A stretch of 63,987 nt of DNA, counting the filler, from Basidiobolus ranarum (taxonomy: Eukaryota), in NCBI GenBank assembly GCA_040143965.1. It is 6 parts of 6 records of this genome, joined end to end, with 100 filler letters (N's around TTAATTAATTAA, not from the genome) between each part and the next. Parts side by side here need not be neighbours in the genome. Positions count along the whole stretch, not along the records: positions 1 to 10,614 come from JASJQH010000687.1; positions 10,715 to 21,322 come from JASJQH010000688.1; 4 more parts are not named here. One strand, given 5' to 3'. This document shows, in pieces, positions 1 to 12,513 of the stretch (within the stretch, counting starts at the first letter, position 1; every line of letters starts with the position of its first letter). The position numbers and the translations under genes are program-made. Under the pieces are notes generated by a model, which worked only from the letters and a program-made list of their open reading frames with translations, searched no databases and had not been told where the DNA came from.

Positions 1-799
1 TTGGGTGTAAGGGAATTCTCCGTTCATGTGAAGTGAGTAAATTATCGCATAAGGGTAATAACGGAGCTTCGAAATTTTGTGTTACAATTGCTCCTTAGCA
101 TGTGAGAAGCGTATGTTGACGATGGTCATACCGCAGATGGATACAGGTTACGTCAATCGGAGTTCTGGCATCCCAATTACCTATACGAGCAGTAGTTGTT
201 ATGGTAGTTCCAATCAAACCTTGGTATCTTCGAGTAGTCTAATTGATGGAATAGAATTCAACAGACCCATAAATTACTGAAACGACTGTAGAAGTGCAAG
301 AACGCAAGTGGAGCTGCGCAATGATTTGAAGGAGTAACTTGAAAGTACACCTGTGGTATTAGTAAGTACAATTTTAGACATGAAATACATGTTAAAGATG
401 CAGATGTTTTAGATGAGAAAATCGCTAGTTACATAATCTATTTTGAAGTGTAATTCAGCGTGATTCCAAATATGCTCAACTCCGTTATAGCTAGTCTTAA
501 TATCAAAAATAGTTAGTAGCAGACCAGAATGCCAATAGGTATCAGTAGGCTTCAGCGATCAAATGCACAGACGCAGCTTTTCTTCACTCCCGTAAAATTA
601 CGCGACTCTGCTCATTATTATATATATTGATGTCATATGTAGATTTATTTATTTGTATGTTTACAATGATTGCAGTCTGGTCTTGGGGTATTTAATTATC
701 ACAAATACAAAAACTTAGGAAGCCTAGTTGACACCATGAAGAATAGTTGGTTTGCCTATTTACAAATAATTCTCGGAAGGAATCCATGAAAAAGACCAT

Positions 800-1190
800 C
801 TAAAGCGCTACTGTGGGGGTCAAAGAGATACGCATTGTTGATTCGGTACGGATTATTTCTTCAAAAGATGGAAGATTACTCTTCTTTCGACGCATTTTTT
901 GAGGTGAAACATTCGAGGAAGTGCTAGGATAGTGATAACTAACAGTTCTCTCAAGAGAGGGCCGGTTAGAGAAAGACAGCTTTCTTTCAATGGTATTTTT
1001 TCGGACTGTTTGCTCAATCATGGCGATATCAAGGTCTTGTTGGGATTTGTAGTAGAGTGAACAACTCGTGTGGTTTGTCCCTTTATATACAATTGAGAAG
1101 AGGAGTATTACGAATAATGAAGATTTCGTCAATGAATCCTCGCTCTGCACGGTGTATGTCACCTTTTTCAGCAGCACCCTGATGAATCAT
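800..1190 (-). CDS. Small hypothetical protein, probably two exons
   Basis: ATG at 1190 (MIHQGAAEKG...) joins in frame to the 800..1177 ORF through a GTAATA...AAG intron. The C-terminus FEEIIRTESTMRISLTP resembles a motif I recall from uncharacterised fungal proteins. Confidence 0.35.
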
Positions 1191-2833
1191 CTGAACAGGA
1201 ATAGTGGCTGTTTTGTTTTTGAACTCAACTTATTACATCAAACTCTCACCTCAGTGCATTTTCAAATACACCTGTCAAATATCTGCCAACTACTTTGGTT
1301 CAAGTAAAACCAGCAGCCCTGGCTCTAGCAAGTGAGATAATAGCTTCACACGCCTTGTTTAACTATCTCACATATTACCAAAGATGTTATGAACATCCCT
1401 TTTTATGACATCATGACCTTGAGCCAGAGTCTTTGTAATGGTTAATGTATCGTAGTAATATAATCAAGCATAAAGTTACTCGGTAGCCTATAGTTTACTT
1501 TGTAGAGGCTCAAGCGTAGAAAAAGTCGGATTTGAACAATATCATACTAGTGGAGTACAAATATGCTTATGATACTTATGCTTGATCGCTGAACATGCAC
1601 ATAATTTGAATTCATGCAGATGGAAATATCGATTCCAAATCCTAGAGCTAGATAAACCTGCACAATCTCATCATAACCTGGTGCCAATGATGCTCATAAA
1701 TATCATCAGCCTTTGCACTTGAAGCAGCCCATGGTCTATCTCCTTTTGGCTTCGCATGGCCTACGTTTGATAATGTAATTCTGAAAAAAGGTTTGAAGGA
1801 GATGATACTATATCATCATCTAGCATATCAAGCTAACAGGTCATGTACAGATATATCTTTGTAGCATTTAAAGGGTAAATGAAGTTCAAAAGATGCTATT
1901 TACATCCAAATTCTCTCAAAAATAGAATCATTTTATGGATGGGCCCATTGCATTTACGCTCGTACATTAGTCCCATGAGTCATAGCTCTCCGAAGTATCT
2001 GTCGAAACATCCCCTCCAGGTTGGAAGACCAAGCAATCAATCAAACATATTTCATGTGGCCTTCGTGGTGGCTCCATGTACTGTGTATGTATCATGGTTA
2101 TGTTATTATCATTGGCCGAGTTTGGCCCACATATCTGACTCTGAGCAACTGGTCGATGCCCCTATTTACCTCCTCCAAACATCATACTATTTTAGCAATC
2201 AGAAATCCTAATCTAGCATATTATTTCCTCCGTGAAACAAAAACGTAATAATATTGTGATGAACACTCCAAAAAGAGTTGACTAAGCTAAACATATCCTG
2301 TCAAAAGGGGGATGACCCAAAGCATTTTCTCAAAACATAGGTTTACCCGCATCAGCTCCATCATCCGTAGACGGGATAAGTCTCAGAAACAATAGAGCAC
2401 GTTTCAAAGAGGTAAGATTAACGAACACTTAAAATGTCAGCATTTCTCAAGCCATACCCACAAGCACGTTGGAATAGAAACCAAGATTTGGTGATGGAGT
2501 GTAGACATTTGGAACGGAATTAGTCTATGGAGATATCCTGCGTGCACGCTTGAACTTTATTTCCAACATCTTTGGACTCGATATTTCTATTGCTCACTCT
2601 TGCTAATGCATATACTTCGCATATATTATATTGAGTCTTCACAATTAGATAACATCTTGATTTGAGCAAGCAAATAATGTGACATACTTTAGTTGATCTC
2701 AATGCTCTTTTGTTCCTTTCTTCTCTATTGTATGGATACACTGATTGAAATTTCCAATAAATATTCTCATCAGAGACTGATAAGAGTCCCTACACAACCA
2801 ATACCTAGCATCTTCATCAATCACACACCTAAC

Positions 2834-3242
2834 TGTTGAAGTATTTTGGGAGTTTGTTGGAAGTGGTTTTTCGAACTAGAAGAATTGGTGGTTTTTGTTA
2901 AAGTATTTGGGAGCCTGTTGGAAGTGGTTTGGAGAACTAGAGAAATTGGTGGTTTTCACTTGTTGATTTATTGAGTATTCAGTTGACATTTATATTTTTG
3001 TCCAGATGTAAATAAACTAATATGTAGAATGTGTTAAGGAAGGTACAGGAACATGTGTGCAAAGTTTGGGGCTTCTAGCACAAGTTTGAAAAATCTATAT
3101 ATCTGAGAACTTTTAAGTTGGTGTCAATATTCTAAGTAAATTCCGATATCGAACAATGGGTAATATCTTAGTTTAATATAGGATAACTAAATACTAAGCT
3201 ATATATGACTATATAGGTGTTTAGGCAATGCTAATTTCAACA
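2834..3242 (-). mobile_element. Solo LTR, family 1 (Copia-like), with a ~62-bp duplicated end
   Basis: TGTTGAA...TTCAACA termini; aligns by eye with 34514-34861 and the reverse complement of 45801-46139. The first ~62 bp (2834-2895) recur from 2896. Confidence 0.8.
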
Positions 3243-4474
3243 ACGTCAAACTATCTCATATCAAAGTAAGTCAGCATCATTTAGTGAGGTGTGGCTGAAT
3301 TCAAGATTGGTCTATATATTTAGGATATATGTAAATTACTCAAGAGTTGGTAAAGTTGAATATGTTCAAAGTCATCTAAATCAACCCAGGATGACTATTT
3401 ACAAATATTTTGAGTATATCCTCATTCTTTTTCTAATATTACCTTCAGATGTAGCAATTTATCAATGCTATACAGGATTTACTAGATACTACAGGGGGAA
3501 AAACAGAATCTGCAGAATTATTGTTATCCCAAGATCAGTGATCACAAAGATTTCAACCTTTCGTGGCACACTGGTTAGAAGCTGAATCAGTGTAATGCCT
3601 CCAGAGGTAGTTTTGTATATAGGCAAATAGACACATACAAGAAAGCTTAGTTTGACTAGTCAGCTTATTGTTGAGATAAAGCAGTTAGAAAATTCAAAAA
3701 AAAACGAATTAATTCTGAACGCTAGTGCAAGTCTCAACATCCTGCTTTGGTGTGATCCCTTTTCTCTGCTTTGCCAGATCACTAATTGCAAAATAGAACT
3801 AGTTTGGTTTTACTATTGATTTTCGAAATACAAGTGCTGTCCACCAAATACCTGCTGATATCCATTTTTTACTTCAAAAGCATCATTGTATGAGAATGGA
3901 AGTGATGCAACTTCAACCTCCTCTACATCAGGTACAAATCACAGTTGAAGCACCATCCTGTGATTCATTAAAGCCAGTACCGGATTGCCATCGCAATTTA
4001 GTAGTTTGTACATACAGAAATAATAAAAGATATGCAAATGATTTAATAAACAACGATCTATGAAGTATGGGTCCGAGAGAACTCTGATGACTAACATTTT
4101 TCGGGATTTCGGGAGGGTGCGAGAAATTAACTGAGCCCTAAATGCTAAACGAGAAGATCTCACTACCGAAATCATGTGAAGAAGTCACAGTTGGATACCA
4201 TCGATTGGTTATGTGTTAACAAGCATATGGCATTTCCAATACTAAATGATCACATCATCACACTGCTTGAGAGTGTCCCCAATTCAGGTGTTATGATTTC
4301 GTTATATATATATATCTTAGATTTGGAATGAATATCAATCTAATATTTCCTCCATATTAAAATAGAAACAACCAAATAGCATTTAGCATTCACGGTTTAA
4401 AAATACATCAGTTGTTCGAGTTCATTACAAGAATTAATCCGCTTCTCTCTCTTTGCTAGATAGAAACAGTCGTT

Positions 4475-5923
4475 ATGTCAGATAATACCAAGCAAAAAAT
4501 AGTCTTTGTTACCGGATGCTCTGAAGGTGGTATAGGTTAGTCATATAATTCACTCTTTTTTAACTTGAAATAATACTTTATCTTAACATTTCCTCCTAGG
4601 TTATGAGCTATGCAAAGAACTAGCCAAAGTTAGTCTTCTCTATTATCAAGGATTTTATTACAGAAACATAGCAAATAACAAAGAGTTTTTATTGATTCTC
4701 AGCGTAACTGCAAAGTGATCGCTTCTGCCCGAAGAGTAGAGGCTATGAATGGCCTGGAGGGTTAGTTCACAGCTAAATCTTTAAACCATTCTCAATTTTC
4801 TTATGCTAGATTTGTCTAGACTTTGATATTGAGAAAGTCAAGATGGATGTTGTTGACCCAGTTTCCGTAAAGGGAACCATTGAAGTATGTTTTCAAGTAT
4901 TACTATCATAATCACCTATCCCAAATCTAAAAGTGATATAAATTACCACCCTCAATTTAGAGCGTGATACAGAAGCATGGACGTATCGGTAAGAATCAAT
5001 ACGAATTTGAGGTGTTTGACTTCTACATATAGTTGATGTTGAAATATTACAGATATTCTTATCAATAATGCTGGAGTCGGTGGATATGGCCCGTTAATTG
5101 AATATGATATCGAGGAAGTCAAAACTGTATATGAAACTAACGTGTTTGGAGTGATTCGCCTGTGCCAAACGGTGGCACCATATATGATAAAGAATGGACA
5201 TGGTCAAATCGTTAATGTCGGGAGTGTTGTTGGCTTTCATGCCACACCGTGGGCAGGTAATTATGACACGAGGAGTCAGTACTTTCGTATAAAAATAACC
5301 TTTTTTCTATATTATCCAGCTGTTTACTGCTCCACAAAGGCAGCATTACATTCTTTATCAGATACTCTTCGATTGGAACTTAAGCCACTAGGGATTGATG
5401 TGACGGTGGTCACTCCGGGAGCAATCAAGTCCAATATTTCTCATAATGCAAAACAGAGAGTTCAGTTGAGTGAAGGTAACTATTGAATCATCATCTTTGC
5501 GTTGATCTTTTATATTTATTTAATGCTGACAAAATCTATCAACAGACTCTTATTATACTTCTGTTCGCAAATATATCGAGGGTCGCCAGAATCTGTCTCA
5601 GAGTATGATCTACATACTTCAAACTTTCCTTGTCTCATGTTTCAATATTTACTGAAAATTAACAGCTGATGCTACTCCAACGAATGAATTTGCTCAGGCT
5701 ACCGCAGAGGCTATCTTATGTCCGAACCCGCCTTCTTACTTTGCGTACGGGGCTAAAGTTACGCTCTTGAAGTTTTTCGGTTGGCTACCAATGTGGGTCA
5801 GAGTAAGTGATGGAAATCTAGGTAATCGTTATGTTGAGCACTTCTAACACGTTGAACCATTAGGATATCATATTTGCACGTAAATTTGGGACTAGCGAGA
5901 TCAAACGAGTCAAGATAGATTGA
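4475..5923 (+). CDS. AYR1: Short-chain dehydrogenase/reductase, Ayr1-like (1-acyl-DHAP reductase family), about 9 introns
   Basis: Spliced model gives VFVTGCSEGGIG (NADP-binding), DILINNAG, catalytic YCSTK and VTPGAIKSNI; short GT-AG introns; stop at 5921-5923. Confidence 0.85.
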
Positions 5924-6412
5924 GAATACTTCTAGTCCACTGATTTACTTGTTAGCTAGGGTACAGTCGATAAACTCTTGAGATTTTTAACTTAACCCTG
6001 AGCAAGGTGGAGAACTATCACGTATTGTTTGTATATTGAGGTTGCGGTAAGTCGAGTAACTGTCTTGATAATTTCAATAAATTATAGCATGGCATCTCCA
6101 AGAAGTCATGAAACTAAAACTTCGAACGCATTGGCCTTCACCGATTGTTATTTCAAAATATGTACTGTCACAAGTAACGATTTCAATCTATATTCCAAAG
6201 CAAAATAGAATTTATGACTTATAGAAGAACGTAAAGGTGATATACATCCACAGTTTATTATGGGAGATGTTTACAATATTAAAACGAGTGACGTATACTA
6301 TCTTAGAGATTGATATTGAATATTAAATAAGCTGGATCGTGGAGGTGTAATAAGTAAAGACAGCTCCAAAGTATTCAGCTAAACATTTACACTGTAGAGA
6401 GGGGTGTGGCTT

Positions 6413-8291
6413 TCAACGCTTAAGGATTTTAATCCTTCCTTCAATAAATGGAGTTAATGGGGTATGTGATCGAATATAGCTCACTAACACGTTACTGATA
6501 TCTTCTATTGGAGTTAGATTTGGAATAGGTCGAATAATTCTATCACCTCCTTGGGCTAGAAAATTTCCAGTAACAATTTGATACTCTTGCTGGTTCAGTA
6601 CCAAGTTATATCGTTTCTGGGCTTTATTCCATATCTCTAACTTCTGTAGCCTCTTGAATTCGGGACCTTTTTTATCAACGGTAATTCGCAGTCCTGAGAC
6701 TTGCAAAAAGCCTTTAATATTCTCCTTAGAATAAACGCTTCTCAATGACAAGTATGATTCCACGAAATCCCGGATTTCTTGACCAGTCATCTTTACTTGC
6801 ACAATGTTATCTCCAAATGGCAGTATGACCATCATGTCTTTCATTGTAATATTTCCACTAGATAGCTCTCCACGAATCGCCCCAGTGTTAATAATGGCTG
6901 CTTCCGCACCATCTTCTGCCTGAAAATCAAGCATAGCATCTGTCACTAAGTTGCCAATCTGACACTCGTGAGACATACATCCACGATGAGAAAAAGCTGC
7001 TGTCGCATATCCAACAACCTCACTCTTGATTTGATCGATTTTCGCACTATGAACACTTATTAGCTCCTCCATTGCGTCATCTTTTTCAATTGAATTTTCT
7101 AACATTCTAGGCGCACCGCTTAGCTTCGTTAACCTGTCTTTTTGGTCGTAGGAGATATCTATGTGGCCAAGGTAACGGCCCCAAGCCCAGGCCTAAAGTG
7201 ATTTTGTTAGGTAAATCGAAGCAATGATATTCCAACTATTACAAATAATTGAACTTACTTGAACAACATATATATCGTTACCATCCAGATCCTTGACGAT
7301 TGTTGGATAAGCCCCCTTGGAGTATTTGAAATTTTGGTCCTTTCTATCGCTCGACAAGTAGGTGTGGCTATGCCCACCAACGATGGCATCCAGTCCACGT
7401 ACTTTTGAAGCCAGATATAGATCATCTATGTAACCATTATGGCTCAAGGCTATTACCTTCTGAATTCCCAAGTTGTTTCTCAAATGATTTACATATTTTT
7501 GGACTGAATATATGGGATCTGTGAATGAGACTGTAGGACCAGCGTTAGAGATGCTACCAGTAACATTTTTAACATAACCAATTACTCCAAGACCGTGACT
7601 CGCAAATACATGATATGGTTTAAGCTGTTTTTAAAAGTTTTTGTTAGTGAATATACTCGAGAATTTTCCTGTTGTTTCTACATTACTACTTACCAGAGCT
7701 CCTAAGCGTGGACTCTGGTCCACTACGCAATTGGCACAAATCACAGGGAAATTCACCTTTTCAATGAAATCAGCCAACGCTTCTGGGCCATCATCAAATT
7801 CATGATTACCTAAAACCTGTATTTCCAATCAATGTTGTGGTCTAACTGCGAGCCCCAAAAGAGCATACAACAATATAAACTCATACCATTAAGTCATACT
7901 GGAGTTCATTCATAACTTGAGCCACTAAATCCCCTTTAAAGATATTATAGAATATCGTGCCTTGAAATTGATCACCGGCGTCCAAGAGCAATAAATCAGG
8001 AGTACTCTTTCTCCATTGCTTAATAGTCTTTGCAAGTCTTCCGACACCACCTAAACATTGTTTCGATACGCGCTCGGCCTCAGTACATTCCTTTCCTTCT
8101 ATATTTATCTCCTCGTAATGCGCATGTAAATCATTCGTATGTAAAATGGTGATATCTTTTAGGGTAGAAAGGCCTAGATTGTATTCTGGAAAGGGAAACC
8201 TTCTTGGGAAAGGTGCTCCTAATGATAGGAAGAATATGAAGCTCACTGATACTAAGAATAAAAACAAAATCCTTCTAGTCAGCGGAGTCAT
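6413..8291 (-). CDS. Secreted or membrane-anchored 5'-nucleotidase (metallophosphoesterase plus 5'-nucleotidase C domain), 3 introns
   Basis: Motifs HTNDLH, DAGDQFQG, LGNHEFD, LSHNG, GGHSHT, GNLVTDAM, NTGAIR, ILPFGD, QVSGL across four exons; hydrophobic N-terminus. Confidence 0.93.
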
Positions 8292-10233
8292 GATACTCGT
8301 AAGGTTTAGTTGGACAATGGAAACAAGGCAACTATGTTCAAATTCCCCAAAATTGATGCCTTTCTATAAAAGATTTATCTCCTACATTAAATTTACGCTT
8401 ATATTGAAAGAGGATCCAATCGATATTGATCATATGTCACAAAGAGCGCCGTCATATCAGAAGTAGTTATTTGACAGTCCTGTCTTATTGATTCAGCCTC
8501 AAAAAAAACATACCGTACTGACGACAATTTGATATGCTAAATACACTGCGAATCGTCTACCACAGAATAACAATCTATGTACTGATTGTTGCAGAGAGCA
8601 ATTAGTGCAGCAGGCGATTTCCGTCTTACGAGAGACCAACTGGTATTCCACTTTTCTCAATTTGTATTAATTAAGCAGTCTCCATCTTGTTATTCTTGCT
8701 GCTTATGAGAGCAAAATGCTCATACTTTTATCTGCTCGCTCCCTTATCTCAGAGCGCATATTGAGGAAGATTTAATTAATATTTCGATTATGCCCTCCGC
8801 TTAATTCGGAGAGACAAGGAGGCCAGGAATAGCAACGTTTATCGAAAGACTAGCTTCAATTCAAAATCGCCTTCTTGCGTTCTACAATTTGTTTCAACTA
8901 AATATTTAGATTCTTCGAATACGATTATATATATCTCATTTTTCCCGAGATGGCTCTGACTCCGATTCTAGTTCTCTCCCCTCTGACTCTATTTTACTTT
9001 ATGGAAGAAATATAATACTTCAGTCTAAGACGCACTCATAGATTGTGAAAAGTTCTGGTAAGGGTTTGAAGCGTGTAATCAAGTTAGTAGGGAATGCACG
9101 TCACGACGAAATTGTTGCTTGGGTTAATATTTTGAAATAGTAGATATTCCCGATAGTAACGACTTTTTCCATCATTTTTTGGATTTGTCTTCGCGAGTTT
9201 CTTTAGAGTTTTAGCCCTCACCTCTAATATCATCTCCACCCCTGCATACAGTGTTCCCTTTGAAACAGTTTTCGGTGAGGACCTGGGCCTCCTTGCCTTA
9301 TGTTCAAGGTTGGATAAACCTTCTCATTGCTTTCAACAAGAGAAGATATAAGAGTGTAAAAATAGTCGTCTTTACACAGCTAATGGTAGAAATGGGAATT
9401 AAATCGTAATCTGGTTGAACTGGAGGTTGCTTTGGATCTAGCCTTCTTGCTACCTTCACACACTTAATAAGACGAGTAACCATTTGTTCTTAACCTTGCA
9501 CCTCTATCTCCATCTGTATCCCTTTTCTCTCAAATAAATATTCAAGCTGATTGTTTATTACTATGCATGATATATAAAGCCTTCTCTTGCCCATTCTAGG
9601 ATGCATAATTTAACCATCGCATTATGCCGGGAGCTCAATAAGTTTAGATTCTTGATGGATTCAGCTCGCCTGCACTACCATCTGCGATCGTGTCTGGGAA
9701 GATATTGTGGCTCCATGGTTTATTTTGTATCTCAGGTTTGAGAGCACATGGTCATGACTGATATTCCAGATATAAATCTGTAGAATAATGCTCTTGCTGT
9801 GGTAAAATAGATTATCAATTGTATTCCCAAATCCACAGGAGATTTCCGCATTAAGAAAATCTTATTTGGAGACACGTCGTCGGTATTTTCGACAATGGGC
9901 TGATGGTTTCATGATGGAGGATGTTCAGGTAGATGATTCGTTACCTGTCTCCATTTTGCAATAGTTTCACGTTAGTCTTGCTATTTACTGCTCAGATGAA
10001 CGAATTCATTGGTATTGACCAGCATTTGTTTCACCAATTATTAAACTTTTTTATTGAACAGTAATGATAACGGATCCATGCTATATCCCCTCTATTTGTT
10101 GTTTCCAAACTCCTTATTACCCCACATAGAATACTTGAAAGTATCAAGTTCGCTTTTACAGAAGTGTACCACTTTCGTTGTTATATTCCAGATAGCGCTG
10201 ATTTTCTTTCTTCATTCGGCTTCCTTTGGTATT

Positions 10234-10614
10234 ATGATCACGCAAGTGCCATTATCAGTTCGTAGAAGAAATCTTTATGCCAGCAATACGGCTCTGTCGG
10301 AAAAGGAATGCGCCATAAGACGCAGAATCGTGGAATATCTACCAAACATTACTAGAGTTAGGCTCTCTGGATTCGCTGGGAACATGGTCAGTTATATGTG
10401 GAACAGTACTTTGAATACATTTTCTTGCTCTTCGAGTAATGCGAAATTCAAAGGCTTTTGCAGTGTAGTTCTCTTCACAACAGAACTATCCTTTTATGTG
10501 ACTTTGCTTGCCTTGTATTACGTACATCGATTAAAAAACCAACATAGTTCTGTAAGCGGAGCACCAGGTTCTGAATACTTTATTTTCACCGTTGCTTTAA
10601 TTCTGGCCAACAAA
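10234..10614 (+). CDS. Pho85-type cyclin (Pcl/Clg1-like), 3'-truncated by contig end
   Basis: Cyclin-box pattern FC..VL..T.LS..V.LLALYYVHRLK...GAPGSEY.IFTVALILANK; likely ATG at 10234. Confidence 0.8.
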
Positions 10615-10714
10615 NNNNNNNNNNNNNNNNNNNNNNNNNNNNNNNNNNNNNNNNNNNNTTAATTAATTAANNNNNNNNNNNNNNNNNNNNNNNNNNNNNN
10701 NNNNNNNNNNNNNN
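10615..10714. other. Artificial contig linker
   Basis: N44-TTAATTAATTAA-N44; the core has stops in all six frames. Confidence 0.99.
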
Positions 10715-11016
10715 CATAGCTTGCCACCAGTTCATCCCGAGAGACACTAATGACCCAGCCATCAAGAACTTTGGAATGTTGAAAGCATCACTGATCCAGA
10801 AGGAGACGAAGTTGAGAAGATCCCAAGTTTGTCTTTCTTCGGGGAGAGGAGCCATATCCTCACTCCAATAGCGGTTGTTTTGATGTTCGACATCACCACC
10901 CTTGGGTTTGACTTCCAACAGTCTAAAAATTAACACAATTATTGGTTTAGCTTTTAATTCATTTTTGTTTTCTTTAAAAATCAAAGTCGAATGAATACTT
11001 ACTGCTTGAGACCCAT
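10715..11016 (-). CDS. NCS1-family (Fur4/Dal4-like) uracil/allantoin permease, 5' part, truncated
   Basis: ATG GGT CTC AAG CA|gtaagt intron, then LLEVKP...RYWSEDMAPLPEERQTWDLLNFVSFWISDAFNI...SLGMNWWQA, typical of the NCS1 N-terminus. Confidence 0.88.
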
Positions 11017-12513
11017 AGATCTTGAGTTAGATATGGAGAGTTGGTTTCTGATCTACATAGGTTCTTGAGCTTGATATTTATACCTTTCCAAGTGAAACTC
11101 GTTTCTCAGCATCGTTGCCACTTATTTCTATGGTGCACTCGAGTTTATGGGCATGTGAACATGTGAGATGATAGCTACACTGTAGCGACAAGTTAGAGCA
11201 ACACTGGTTTTGATCTTGAAATTATGCAGATAAGGCTCATACTGATGAGGAGCGTATATGTCATATAGTCCAGTACTTAATGATCGATCCATGTCTCTAA
11301 GGTCAATTTAAAAATCTTGGAAAACCAGCTCCAATGCGCGTAATACACTAGCAAATAGAAGCGCTATACTCTATTAATCATCTGAGATAGTGAAGACTAC
11401 AAGTGACGGCCACTCGTGTCACCTGAATCCATAGATCACTGATAATCAAATCTAAAACATCTCTCACAGTGATGATTGAAACTCTCCAGATTCCAAATTT
11501 TCGAATGCGGAGTACCCGTTTGTATATTTGAAGAAGTTTCGTTAATTTCCATTATGTTCGTTGGTGATCTGAAGATTAACTCAAAATAGTCTAGTATGCT
11601 TGAATGAGAGTGTGAAATTATCCACGTTGTTGATTCATCCACCTTGAGATCTCGAATTAAATTTCATTTCTTTTTTAAGCATCACGTTAATAACGTTTAT
11701 ATGATTCCTGACGTTAATTTTGACCATCAAAAGTTATTAACGAAATTTTCGTATCTCACCAGCACACCAAGTAATCACATAATAAATATCACCCGACTAG
11801 TCAGAAGATACTCAAGTTGCCAACAAGGATACTTTTTTAATTTTATTGGCATCACAGAACAGCGATAATCCTGATAATCCTACATGCTACACACAGAGTA
11901 ACTATTGTTGACTTTAATTGATGTGTATATCTTAGCCAGGCCAAAATTTCTTCTCAATTACTTTCAACATACAGCATATATGAACTTTACCCATATCTTT
12001 CAAGGAATCGCACCTTTGTACTTTCACCTCATTCTCTATAGAGTAACCAAGCACCAGTAATCAGTTGCTAAGTAGGTAAGGGTCATTACTAGCCTAACCC
12101 TAACTATGATGGTGAAGATTGGTGATTCAATTGACCCTAACCCTCTTTTTTGACCAGTAAAATCATGATCGTAATGTGTCCCAACCTAACAACTTAACAA
12201 TTCAATAGTTTAGATGTAGCTATGCTGAATCATAGGAGATTCCAAATTTATTGAGATTTTTTTTAGACTTCTTTCAGCAGCTTATGATTCGAGTGACTTA
12301 TCCAAAGACTACAAAAAAATGAAGTTTCTCATGTATCATACATTTTAATAAAAAAGCAACTCCCAGAATTTTCCCTTCTTAAGAGTAGTTTGATTAAAGG
12401 GAAAAGAAATGGAAACAAGAAAGAGGGTAATGTTAGTGTGGGAATTTGTGGCTTACTCATAATGGAGGTAAATAGATAAGGGAAGGAATGAGGTTTGAAT
12501 TAGAATAAAGAAT

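Noticed and set aside
4599-4608. GGTTATGAGC matching the half-tRNA PBS
   Set aside because: It is the splice acceptor plus exon 2 of the SDR gene, with no LTR upstream.
12092-12145. Telomere-like CCTAACCCTAA motifs
   Set aside because: Two isolated short occurrences, not an array and not at a contig end.
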